From Candidatus Saccharimonadota bacterium (GTDB taxonomy: Bacteria > Patescibacteriota > Saccharimonadia > Saccharimonadales > UBA4665): a DNA stretch of 64,000 nucleotides. Made by a program: the position numbers and the translations under genes. A model generated the notes under the pieces. The model made no database searches and had not been told where the DNA came from. It worked only from the letters and a program-made list of their open reading frames with translations. The stretch is from the NCBI GenBank assembly GCA_027459325.1, contig DAIDIO010000002.1, positions 1,951 to 65,950 on the forward strand, given 5' to 3'. Positions 36,290-45,048 of the stretch are shown here, piece by piece. Numbering within the stretch: the first letter of the stretch is position 1; each line of letters starts with the position of its first letter.

Positions 36290-36316
36290 TATAAATCGAG
36301 CGGTCTAGGGTCACCA
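36290..36316 (+). repeat. cassette-end element E4
   Basis: Sequence is TATAAATCGAGCGGTCTAGGGTCACCA. Confidence 0.8.
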
Positions 36317-36458
36317 AGAAAGAGTTTTCAGTTTATGCTCAAATTTTACTCTTCTTGTCCGTTTTTTTAAAATTCTAAAGATGCCTACCTCAAGCGGTGT
36401 TTTAAATCAATTTCATCTGTAAAATATTTCGATTCACTATAATGTTAGTATAGTTATT

Positions 36459-37115
36459 ATGAGTGAACGTAGAGCAGAAATTGCTGACTTGTATTATCGA
36501 ACTAACTCGGTGCGATTCGGAGCATTTAGATTATCTGTTCATATAGATAATCCAAACTTACCTTTGTCGCCTTACTATTTGCATTACCCTGAACCTGGAG
36601 AGCCAGGGAGTGAATTACTACCAAAACTTTACCACTTAATAGGGCAAGAGTTCTTTACGATATGCGAATCAAAAGGATTCAGACCAAAACGCATAGCTGG
36701 TGTACCGAAAGGAGCATTGCCACTAGCTGATGCGCACGCAAGGCATTATGAGAATTATCCCTATAACCTGCTGACTTTCACGAAAGCCGAAGAACCTGGT
36801 AAAACTACCTTTATTGGTCCCGATGGAGAGTTTAGTGAAGGCGAAGAACTGATAATTGATGAAGACCATACATCTGGTGGACGTAATAAGAAATTAATCC
36901 GCGCAGCAGCGGTTTCAGGTGGTTTAGTTGTTCCAAATATGTTGACAGTTGTAGATAGACAGCAAGGAGGGGTTGAAAATATGGCGCGAGAAGGCACCAG
37001 ACTATTGGCCATATTCACTATCGATGAATTGCTGCAATTTGGAACTGATTTTGGATACGCAACTCAAACGCAGGCTGACGCAGCAAAGGAATACTGGAAT
37101 CTAAATCAGTACTAA
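36459..37115 (+). CDS. type I phosphoribosyltransferase, orotate-PRTase (PyrE)-like
   Basis: Contains VRFGAFRLS....LSPYY and the PRPP loop ELIIDEDHTSGG. Confidence 0.65.
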   Translation: MSERRAEIADLYYRTNSVRFGAFRLSVHIDNPNLPLSPYYLHYPEPGEPGSELLPKLYHLIGQEFFTICESKGFRPKRIAGVPKGALPLADAHARHYENYPYNLLTFTKAEEPGKTTFIGPDGEFSEGEELIIDEDHTSGGRNKKLIRAAAVSGGLVVPNMLTVVDRQQGGVENMAREGTRLLAIFTIDELLQFGTDFGYATQTQADAAKEYWNLNQY

Positions 37116-37127
37116 ATCTTATGCAGA

Positions 37128-37388
37128 TTACTTTTTATATACATCCTTGCGGTGTTGAACCCTATGGAGCTTAATTTTGTCACTATCTACATCAAAAATT
37201 AACCTATAATTATCAACTCGGAAGCGATAATCTCCACCACTAGAATCTACTAGTTTCTTAGCAAACGATAGTGGATCAGTTTGATCTAAAAAAAATTTGA
37301 TTTTTTTGGCTATTCTTTTTTGAGCTATGCTGTCCAGTGATTGAATATCTTTCTTTGCTTGACTCTCAATTACCAATTGGTACTTCAT
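37128..37388 (-). CDS. RelE/ParE-family toxin (paralog of 34264..34527)
   Basis: YRFRVDNYRLIFDV...HRKDVY pattern. I prefer the ATG at 37388, which overlaps the antitoxin stop as TAATG exactly as in cassette 1. The track start at 37400 is a TTG. Confidence 0.8.
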   Translation of the reverse strand: MKYQLVIESQAKKDIQSLDSIAQKRIAKKIKFFLDQTDPLSFAKKLVDSSGGDYRFRVDNYRLIFDVDSDKIKLHRVQHRKDVYKK

Positions 37389-37642
37389 TAGTCTACCCAA
37401 AGATCACCAAATACTTCTTCAGGCGAGTACCATTCTTTGCTGGCACGAGCTTTAGCTATCGACTCTACATATTCAGGGTCTTGTACAGCCAGCAGATCTT
37501 CTAAAGTATCTATATCAATGAGTGCGGATTCAACTTTGCCGTGTCGCTTAACAAGAACTATATTTTTATTGTCATGAACAGCATCTAATACTTCAGACAG
37601 GTGTTTTCGCATTACCGATGCATCTATTGTTTGAGTGCCCAT
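37388..37642 (-). CDS. Phd/YefM-family antitoxin (paralog of 34007..34264)
   Basis: Reads MGTQTIDASVMRKHLSEVLDAV. GTAC-containing repeats lie upstream at 37655-37700. Confidence 0.8.
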   Translation of the reverse strand: MGTQTIDASVMRKHLSEVLDAVHDNKNIVLVKRHGKVESALIDIDTLEDLLAVQDPEYVESIAKARASKEWYSPEEVFGDLWVD

Positions 37643-37773
37643 CTTGTATCCTTTGTACTATTTAATATTACGTTAATATTGTACAAAAATATAGTACGAA
37701 TTGTCCATGCTTTACCTCTATATTGTGCTGTTGTGAAAAGTAAAGCCGATGAGCTAGGCCAGATGTATGCCTT

Positions 37774-38097
37774 TTAAATGCCTTTCATGCCAACGAGAGT
37801 CCATCGACTACCGTCTAGGCGAAGACGGTATAGAACTTGCCCGTCGCTAACGTCAAAGAGCTTGACTAATTTATCCTTCTTATTAATCAGATATCTTAAA
37901 CCTTCTTCAAGGAAGTTGTACTCCCGACCCTCGTAAACCATTCTTTTTGGGTAACTTTCTATACCCTTTTTACTGTTACGAAAATAAACTGAAGTTACTT
38001 CGATTTCCTGATTTGAAAATGAGTTAATAGTCATAATATTGTCCCCTACCCTTTTAGAATTATTAATACAAAGAGAAATTCGCTTCCTAATGTTCAA
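37774..38097 (-). CDS. hypothetical protein
   Basis: 107-aa ORF (possibly starting at the internal Met, MTINSF...). No motif recognised. Confidence 0.3.
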   Translation of the reverse strand: MNIRKRISLCINNSKRVGDNIMTINSFSNQEIEVTSVYFRNSKKGIESYPKRMVYEGREYNFLEEGLRYLINKKDKLVKLFDVSDGQVLYRLRLDGSRWTLVGMKGI

Positions 38098-38335
38098 AGA
38101 AGTGATAAACGGCTTTAAAATTAAGCTTTATGTAAGACTGGTCTAACACCTACCGTTTAAGAGGTTTTAGCTTTAATCGCCTTAAGCAAGCTGTTGATTT
38201 AAAGAAAGTAGGGACCGAAGTGTACTTTCCGTGGATAAGTTATAAGTCCGTAAGGTAAATTGGCCTTCCAAAGTCCTCGCGTGGCTAATATTTATTATAG
38301 AACGAGCCGTCAATAATAAACATAGTTTTTATGGT

Positions 38336-38725
38336 TTATTTGATGTTATCTATAAATGTTACTAGTTCGTGGGGTGTTAGTTCGGCTTTAACTAAATAGC
38401 CATCAGCTTGTTTCTCTATGTCCGCTCTAACATCTTCCCGTTGTTCTAGGTTAGTTATGATTAGTATCTTAGCTTTAATAGGGGGCACTCTGGCCGGGTC
38501 TCTAAGCTTTCTGAGGATTTCTATGCCGGTTAAATTAGGCACCATCAGGTCGAGCAGGATGATGTCGTAGGCATTAGTTTCAGCTTCTGTTAGCGCTTGA
38601 CTGCCGTCGGCGATTACAGTAACTTCATAACCGCCTTTACTTAGCGCCCTGGCGTAGAGTTCGCTTATGAAATGTTCGTCCTCTATACATAAAACTTTGC
38701 GGGTGGGTTGGTTGGTTTCTTGCAT
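38336..38725 (-). CDS. stand-alone response-regulator receiver protein
   Basis: Canonical CheY-like residues are present (CIEDE, DIILLDLMVP, ITN, YLVK). Confidence 0.85.
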   Translation of the reverse strand: MQETNQPTRKVLCIEDEHFISELYARALSKGGYEVTVIADGSQALTEAETNAYDIILLDLMVPNLTGIEILRKLRDPARVPPIKAKILIITNLEQREDVRADIEKQADGYLVKAELTPHELVTFIDNIK

Positions 38726-38743
38726 TATTAATACTATATAACG

Positions 38744-40282
38744 CTATCTTCTATAAAGCGAATGGTTCTTTATCCAGCCGTGCGCGCCGCGGACCATTTC
38801 ATTATCGCCGGAGGCTTTAGCCTCTTGACTAAGCCGGTCATACGGCTGCAGAGTAAAGCCAAAAGTACTGCCCTCACCTTCTTTGCTGCGAACCCATAAA
38901 TTGCCGCCGTGAGCGGTTATTATTGCCTTGGATAAGTAAAGTCCGAGACCAGTGCCACCGACCTGAGACCGATTATGGTGGTCTCTGTAAAACTTTGTAA
39001 ATAAGTTCGGCAGGACGGCCGTTGGGATTCCTCTGCCAAAGTCTTGGACCGTAGTTTCTACGAGACCGTCGTTAGTTAAATGTGATGAAATTTTAATAAC
39101 TTTACTGTCAGCGCTATATTTTATGGCGTTATCTACCAGATTATTAATTACCTCTTGGATGCTTATTTGATCAACACCGACTACCGGTAAACCGTCAGTG
39201 ACTGATAATTCTAAACTAATACCTCTGACTTTAGCTCTGAGCGATAAGTTTTCGATAGATAAATTCAAAATAGCCGGCCAATCGCCTTTTTCTAGTTTTA
39301 GTTCTAGTTGGTCGTCATCTACTCTGGCTACATTTAGGATGTTATTAACAAATGCCATAAGCTGCTCGGCTTGGGCTTGCATTTTTTCCATAAAGCTTTG
39401 CAGCTCGGGATCCAGTTTGCCGCTTAGTTCTTCCTGGAAAACTTCGATGTAACCCCTCAATAAGGTGAGGGGCGTTCTCAGCTCATGGACACTGAGGGCG
39501 ACAAAACTGATCGCCTGGTCGTCCTGGCTGTATTGCTTAGTGTGATCAAATAGCAGCATCATGGTTTCATGGCCATCGGGATTCGCCCGGTTGTAATAAG
39601 CAGCAAGATCAAATAGCAGTGTCGGATGATTATCTCTGACATCCATTCGTACCCTCTCCCAGGCTTTAGATGCCGTGGCGGCAGTTGTCTTAACGGTTTT
39701 CAGCCAGTTATCGAAGGTATCCTCAGAGGCAAAAGCCATATCAAGGACCATATAGACGTTTTTGCCGATCAGATCTTTAACAGCGATGCCGATATAGTCG
39801 GCGGCGGCCGGGTTAGCAAAGCGGATGGTTTCTTCGGCATCAAGGACAAACAGCGGTAACGGTAAATTCTGGGCTACGAAATTTAGAGTAAGCTCTTTGG
39901 CTTTAGCGGAACTTTCCTGGCTAGCTTTATCGGCGGCACTTATTAACTGGTAAATATGTCCGCTTAAATTAGAGACTAAATCTTTGCCAAAAGTCAGGCT
40001 TTCGATGTCCGGTTTAGTGACGCTGTCGGCTTCCGGTGTTAAGTGAAATACGACTTGCCATAAGGCCGTCAGCGGCTGCATTAAAAATTTACCTAGCAGA
40101 CTCGAAATAATCAGAGAAACAATAATGCTGATTACTATTAGAATGCCAACAACAATATATAGGTTAAAATTACCTAACTTTAACGCCACGAAGAAGAGAC
40201 CGATTACCGTTACATTAGTGACCATCAGGCTTACAAATAGATTTAATTTTGCCTGTTGTGTCAGCTTCTGCAAATAGTCCAC
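38744..40282 (-). CDS. membrane sensor histidine kinase (2 TM, PAS, HisKA, HATPase)
   Basis: H-box SVHELRTPL plus N and G boxes (GGTGLGLYLSKAI). Confidence 0.88.
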   Translation of the reverse strand: MDYLQKLTQQAKLNLFVSLMVTNVTVIGLFFVALKLGNFNLYIVVGILIVISIIVSLIISSLLGKFLMQPLTALWQVVFHLTPEADSVTKPDIESLTFGKDLVSNLSGHIYQLISAADKASQESSAKAKELTLNFVAQNLPLPLFVLDAEETIRFANPAAADYIGIAVKDLIGKNVYMVLDMAFASEDTFDNWLKTVKTTAATASKAWERVRMDVRDNHPTLLFDLAAYYNRANPDGHETMMLLFDHTKQYSQDDQAISFVALSVHELRTPLTLLRGYIEVFQEELSGKLDPELQSFMEKMQAQAEQLMAFVNNILNVARVDDDQLELKLEKGDWPAILNLSIENLSLRAKVRGISLELSVTDGLPVVGVDQISIQEVINNLVDNAIKYSADSKVIKISSHLTNDGLVETTVQDFGRGIPTAVLPNLFTKFYRDHHNRSQVGGTGLGLYLSKAIITAHGGNLWVRSKEGEGSTFGFTLQPYDRLSQEAKASGDNEMVRGAHGWIKNHSLYRR

Positions 40283-40285
40283 AGC

Positions 40286-41491
40286 CTACTGTCCGTATGT
40301 TACTTGGGATGGGCTTGTGACTGCTGTAATCCATGTTTGACCTGGATCCAAAGTCAGTGGCTGCCCTGTGCTTGTAGTAAATGTAATTTGCGAAGAATTA
40401 CTGGTCTTAGACCATTGGCCGGTTGTTTCTATGCCGTCCTGAAACACATAGGCAGTGCCACTAGACAAGGTGTTGTAGTCTGAGTAATATGCCCCACTGG
40501 AATCCAGAGCACCTTGGGTATAAGGTACTACAATGGCAATTACCACGGTCGGACTGAGTTGTTGGTTGGTATTGGCATCAATCATGGCTGTACCACCTTC
40601 GCTTCTAAGGTAGCTGTTAGTTTTTGGGTTATAGGCATAACTTACGTCATAGTCTGGTCCGGACAGGGTTAGATTAATTGTTGACGCATCGGGTTTAGCG
40701 GAGGGACTCGCCGGTTTTCTTGGAAAGCCGGTGTAGTTTACTGAAGTGAAGCCTTTATCTACCTCCAGTTGGTTAAGCTCGGCGATCGAGGTGTAAACGT
40801 TATGTGGCGCTACGCGTGAGGAGATGCGGTGATAAAAGCTGCCGTTGTAGAATTCATTTAAATCTTTGGTCCCCCAGGCTGTTATATCATTAAGTCCGTC
40901 GGGACTGCCACCGACGTGGGCATAAGCCGCATCAAAACCCATATCCCAGCTGACAAAATACGGCCGGGCGCTTCTGATGGGGCCAACATTTGCGGGAGCA
41001 CTATCCTGGTAAAGTGCTAAAAATCTTGTAATTCCCCCTTCGGCTAAGGCTTCAAATACTACCCCTGCTCCGGCTAGACCGGATTGAGGTCGGGCCTGCA
41101 TACTATTTTCAATCATGACTCCAGTAACGGGTATTTTATTAACGCTTGGAGCGACTGGCAGGCCGGATAGCGTCGAAGGCACTAGATCGGATTTTGGTAC
41201 AACTTTAGTTCTTAGAACTGCTATGACATTTTTATGAGGTTTTGGTGCTGGATTGGATAAAGTATTAACCAGAACAACAATCAGGATTAAAATTAGCAGT
41301 AAAACAATAGCTAAGATAGCCCAGCCTTTTTTAGTTTTTGGCTTTCTTAATTTCAATTTACTAAATCTGGATTTCTTTATAGTAGGGTTTTCCTTGATAG
41401 GTTGATCAGGTGAATCTTCGTTTAGCTCAAAGTCTATTTTCGGATTAGGGTGTGGCTGATATTGTAAGGGACGATTTGGCTCCATGGTCAC
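40286..41491 (-). CDS. DUF3048-family membrane-anchored protein (YerB-like)
   Basis: N-terminal TM helix, then GVMIEN...ARPQSGL..A.VVFE.LAEGGITRFLALY. Confidence 0.65.
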   Translation of the reverse strand: MTMEPNRPLQYQPHPNPKIDFELNEDSPDQPIKENPTIKKSRFSKLKLRKPKTKKGWAILAIVLLLILILIVVLVNTLSNPAPKPHKNVIAVLRTKVVPKSDLVPSTLSGLPVAPSVNKIPVTGVMIENSMQARPQSGLAGAGVVFEALAEGGITRFLALYQDSAPANVGPIRSARPYFVSWDMGFDAAYAHVGGSPDGLNDITAWGTKDLNEFYNGSFYHRISSRVAPHNVYTSIAELNQLEVDKGFTSVNYTGFPRKPASPSAKPDASTINLTLSGPDYDVSYAYNPKTNSYLRSEGGTAMIDANTNQQLSPTVVIAIVVPYTQGALDSSGAYYSDYNTLSSGTAYVFQDGIETTGQWSKTSNSSQITFTTSTGQPLTLDPGQTWITAVTSPSQVTYGQ

Positions 41492-41536
41492 TATTATATC
41501 AAACGCTTATGGTTTATTCTGTAGAACTTTCTTTGT

Positions 41537-42964
41537 TTAAAAACAGTCTAATTGCTGGTCAATTCTTTTTAAGACTTTTTCCTTGCCGAGGACATTCAGG
41601 CTTTCGGCTAAGCTGGGGCTAGCTGGAGACTGAGTCGTGGCAATACGTATTAGACTAAACAGCACTGCCGGTTTTTGACCGGTTTGTGCGAGAAGGCTAT
41701 TTAAACAATCTGTCAAATCTGAAGTCTCAAAATTACTGTGCTGTAGAGCGTCTCTTGCCTGGCTAAGCAAGTCCTTTAGATCCGGTTTTGTGAGCTTTGC
41801 TAACTGCTTATGGTGGCTGATGAGGTCAGGATTAACTGGCAGGTCGACAAAAAAGAATCTGGAGAGTTCAGCTAATTCGCCAAAGTATTTCAAGCGTTCC
41901 TGGACTAGAGTTAAAACCGAGCGTTTATAGGCTTCGCCGTAGCCGTCAGCTTCAGTTGGCCAGTAGTCCAGGCAGGCTTTATAAAGTTCATCCAAGGACA
42001 TATCGCGGATTAAATTACCGTTAATCCAGTTAAGGCGTCTTTCATCAAACTGTGCTCCAGAACGTCCGACCCGGTCTAAGCTGAACTTTTGAATCAACTC
42101 ACTTTTTGTAAAGATTTCCTGTTGACTGCCATCATTCCAGCCGAGAGTTGCAATGAAGCTAATTAAAGCTTCAGCTAAGTAGCCACTGCGGATATAATCG
42201 AGAACATCGCGGGCTCCATCCCGTTTCGATAATTTCTTTTTGCCGTCTGGACCGAGTACGGGCGGCAGAGTCGTTAAAACCGGTGGTTGAAGGCCCAGCG
42301 CTTCATATAAATTAAGGTAATTAGGTACGCTTGGCAAAAATTCCTGACCGCGCAGGATATGGCTAATCTTCATTTCGCTGTCATCAACTATATGAGCAAA
42401 GTTATAGGTCGGGAAACCATCGGACTTAATAAGTACGAAATCGTCAATTGTCTCAGGTCCACTTTTCATGTCGCCCATCACTGCGTCTTGCCATTCATAC
42501 GCTTTGGGGTCGGATTTAAATCTTAGGGGTGTAGAGCCGTCCCAAGGTGTTGTTTGATCCGGCCGGTAATTGCGGTATAAAAATGGCAATTTGTTTGCAG
42601 CGGACTCTTCCCTAAAAGTTTTTACCTGCTCCGCTGTATAAGGATCTGCGTAAGCCCGGCCACTGGCGATCAGCTTATTAGCCCAAGTTTTGTAGATTTC
42701 CAGTCGTTCGCTTTGAATATATGGCGCATACGGCCCGCCTTTATCTGGTCCTTCATCGTAGTCGAGCCCTAAAGCCAGGAGGGAGCGTATAATGTGATCT
42801 TTGGCTTCTTTAACTTCCCTTTGCTGGTCGGTATCTTCAAGTCTAAGGATAAATGTACCATTAGCCTGCCTGGCTAGCAGCCAGCCGAATAAGGCAGTTC
42901 TGATGCCACCGACATGTAAATAGCCGGTGGGACTTGGAGCAAAGCGGGTACGAACATCAGTCAT
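41537..42964 (-). CDS. gltX: glutamate--tRNA ligase
   Basis: Contains RFAPSPTGYLHVGG (HIGH motif) and KLSKR (KMSKS motif). Confidence 0.93.
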   Translation of the reverse strand: MTDVRTRFAPSPTGYLHVGGIRTALFGWLLARQANGTFILRLEDTDQQREVKEAKDHIIRSLLALGLDYDEGPDKGGPYAPYIQSERLEIYKTWANKLIASGRAYADPYTAEQVKTFREESAANKLPFLYRNYRPDQTTPWDGSTPLRFKSDPKAYEWQDAVMGDMKSGPETIDDFVLIKSDGFPTYNFAHIVDDSEMKISHILRGQEFLPSVPNYLNLYEALGLQPPVLTTLPPVLGPDGKKKLSKRDGARDVLDYIRSGYLAEALISFIATLGWNDGSQQEIFTKSELIQKFSLDRVGRSGAQFDERRLNWINGNLIRDMSLDELYKACLDYWPTEADGYGEAYKRSVLTLVQERLKYFGELAELSRFFFVDLPVNPDLISHHKQLAKLTKPDLKDLLSQARDALQHSNFETSDLTDCLNSLLAQTGQKPAVLFSLIRIATTQSPASPSLAESLNVLGKEKVLKRIDQQLDCF

Positions 42965-43002
42965 AGTTTGCCTACATTATATGAGATAGCTAGCTATATT
43001 GC

Positions 43003-43464
43003 CTAATCTAGCGCTATGCCGTTGAAGCGGTTTGCGACTAGAGCCCGGGTAAAGCGGTGCAGACGTTTGACTGGCTGTTGCTCGAGATTAACCAGCTGAT
43101 CCTCGGCATTTTCTATAGCGTTCATAATTTGTTGGTCGAAAGACCGTAACCCCTCTAGAGCCGGTTTATGTACAATAGCCTTGATTGGCTGTTGTGGAGT
43201 TGGCACGAAGTGGGACCGCGAAGGCATAACAAAGTGGCTAACATAATTGCTTTTTGGTATCTGAGAGGCTCGGGCCAGTCTTTCAGGACTAAAGTAAGTT
43301 TGTTTGGTTGGCGCCAGCACTACTGGTTCGTGATGAGGAATTGCGTGGGCGGCTTTTAAATGACGTCTGTTCACTTCCGGTTTATCGACAGCTTTTCGCA
43401 TTAGCGTTCTTGACGGCATTGGTCGATGGTGTGCAAGATGATTGATTTGTCTAGTTTTTGTCAT
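43003..43464 (-). CDS. hypothetical basic protein
   Basis: 153-aa ORF. No motif recognised. Confidence 0.35.
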   Translation of the reverse strand: MTKTRQINHLAHHRPMPSRTLMRKAVDKPEVNRRHLKAAHAIPHHEPVVLAPTKQTYFSPERLARASQIPKSNYVSHFVMPSRSHFVPTPQQPIKAIVHKPALEGLRSFDQQIMNAIENAEDQLVNLEQQPVKRLHRFTRALVANRFNGIALD

Positions 43465-43551
43465 TTTTGTTTATTTTAGGGTAGTTTTCTATTACTAATA
43501 CTAAACCCTCTTGAGAATTGATTCAAGTACATCCATACTTAGTATCTGATT

Positions 43552-45048
43552 ATGGACTATTTAGATCCGAAGCAAGAATTAAAGCAACGAGTTACTCTGC
43601 TAATCGGCTATGTTCTGGTGGCGGTGGCGATTGCCTTCGCGGCTCTTGTTTTGTTATATCAGGCGTACGGCTTCGGTTTCGGCAAAAACGGATCAGTTAT
43701 CCAGAACGGTTTGCTGTTTTTCTCGTCCCAGCCCAACCCTGCCAATATCTACATTAATGGTAAATTGGCGGCCAACCCTACTAATACCAGGCTGTTTGAG
43801 CCGTCCGGTATTTACCAGGTTGAGCTAACAAGAGCTGGATATCGTAACTGGTACCGTCGTATTACTGTTGACGGTGGCAGTGTTGAGCATTTTGATTACC
43901 CGCTGCTTATACCAAATAAACTTATAACTACTAAAATAAACAGTTATGCTGCCGCTCCTGGCATGATGACCGAGAGTTTGAACCAGAAGTATATCCTGAT
44001 TGAAGAACCTGGTAGCCTGACCAATTTTGACTTATATGATTTATCTAACCCTGCCAAACCGGTGGTTACGAGTTTGGTTTTACCTAGTAATGTCTTGACC
44101 CAAAGTGTTACGGGCGGCGCTCAGAGCTTAACTTTTGTAGCCTGGGCTGACGACAATCAACACGTCCTACTCAAGCATCTGTATGATAATAAAAGCGAAT
44201 ACATATTGCTGGACATTGCTGATATGACACAGTCGGCGAATCTAAACACTACCTTTAACGTAAATCCGCCAGACTTAAGCCTAGATAACATTAAATATAA
44301 TAACTATTACTTTTTTGACCCGTCTACCGGAGTCGTCAGCACCGCCAGTTTAAGCGACCCTTCAACCGTTACTCCGGTCTTAAGTCATGTACTAGCCTTT
44401 CACTCATATGATACAAATGAGATTCTTTATGCAACCGATCAAGGCGCTAAACCAGGTAAAGTGTTAATTAAGCTGTACAGCCCGTCGGCTACCTATACCA
44501 TCACCAGCCTGCCAGTAAGCAGTGGTACTTACTTATTAAATATGGCAACCTATAACGGTACCTTATATGCGGCAGTTGGTTCCACCTCTGGACGTTTTGT
44601 TTACATCTATCAGGATCCGATCGGCCAATTGCAGTCGGCTCCCGGACAAAACTTAGCTCCATCCTGGGTGCTTCACGTTAATAACCCTAACTACTTAAGT
44701 TTCTCGGACAACGCCCAGTTCATAATGACCGAAAATAACAATAATTATGCGGTTTATGATATTCAGAATTCACTAGGCTATTTATATACCGATCAAACTA
44801 AACCGCTGGATCCGCCGCAGGTCCATGCCACTTGGATGGACGGAGACCGATTGATCTATGTCAGTGGCGGTAAGATTGATATCCAGGACTACGATAACAA
44901 TAACCAGCAGACTTTAGTAAGCGCTTCTCCAGATTATGTCCCGGCCTTTTCTTCAAACTACAAGTACATGTTTTCGCTGTCGCCGGCTGCCGGCTCGACC
45001 AGCTATAACCTTAACTCCACGCCCTTAATGATCCCCTCAGACCTTTAA
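43552..45048 (+). CDS. membrane-anchored PEGA-domain protein with large beta-rich ectodomain
   Basis: TM helix followed by a PEGA-like segment (ANIYINGK......GIYQVELTRAGYRNW). Confidence 0.55.
   Translation: MDYLDPKQELKQRVTLLIGYVLVAVAIAFAALVLLYQAYGFGFGKNGSVIQNGLLFFSSQPNPANIYINGKLAANPTNTRLFEPSGIYQVELTRAGYRNWYRRITVDGGSVEHFDYPLLIPNKLITTKINSYAAAPGMMTESLNQKYILIEEPGSLTNFDLYDLSNPAKPVVTSLVLPSNVLTQSVTGGAQSLTFVAWADDNQHVLLKHLYDNKSEYILLDIADMTQSANLNTTFNVNPPDLSLDNIKYNNYYFFDPSTGVVSTASLSDPSTVTPVLSHVLAFHSYDTNEILYATDQGAKPGKVLIKLYSPSATYTITSLPVSSGTYLLNMATYNGTLYAAVGSTSGRFVYIYQDPIGQLQSAPGQNLAPSWVLHVNNPNYLSFSDNAQFIMTENNNNYAVYDIQNSLGYLYTDQTKPLDPPQVHATWMDGDRLIYVSGGKIDIQDYDNNNQQTLVSASPDYVPAFSSNYKYMFSLSPAAGSTSYNLNSTPLMIPSDL

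Larger units (their letters stand above)
33847..38280. other. tRNA-Glu-linked accessory islet: toxin-antitoxin cassette array plus PRTase, no recombinase
   Basis: It begins at the tRNA 3' end and holds four TA pairs. Repeated cassette-end elements share the tRNA terminus GGTCACCA. The distal boundary is only tentatively placed, at a degenerate element near 38233-38260. Confidence 0.5.

Noticed and set aside
43518-43828. 79-aa and 72-aa plus-strand ORFs overlapping the start of the PEGA-domain gene.
   Set aside because: They are alternative frames of the same region. The 498-aa frame has the TM and PEGA features.
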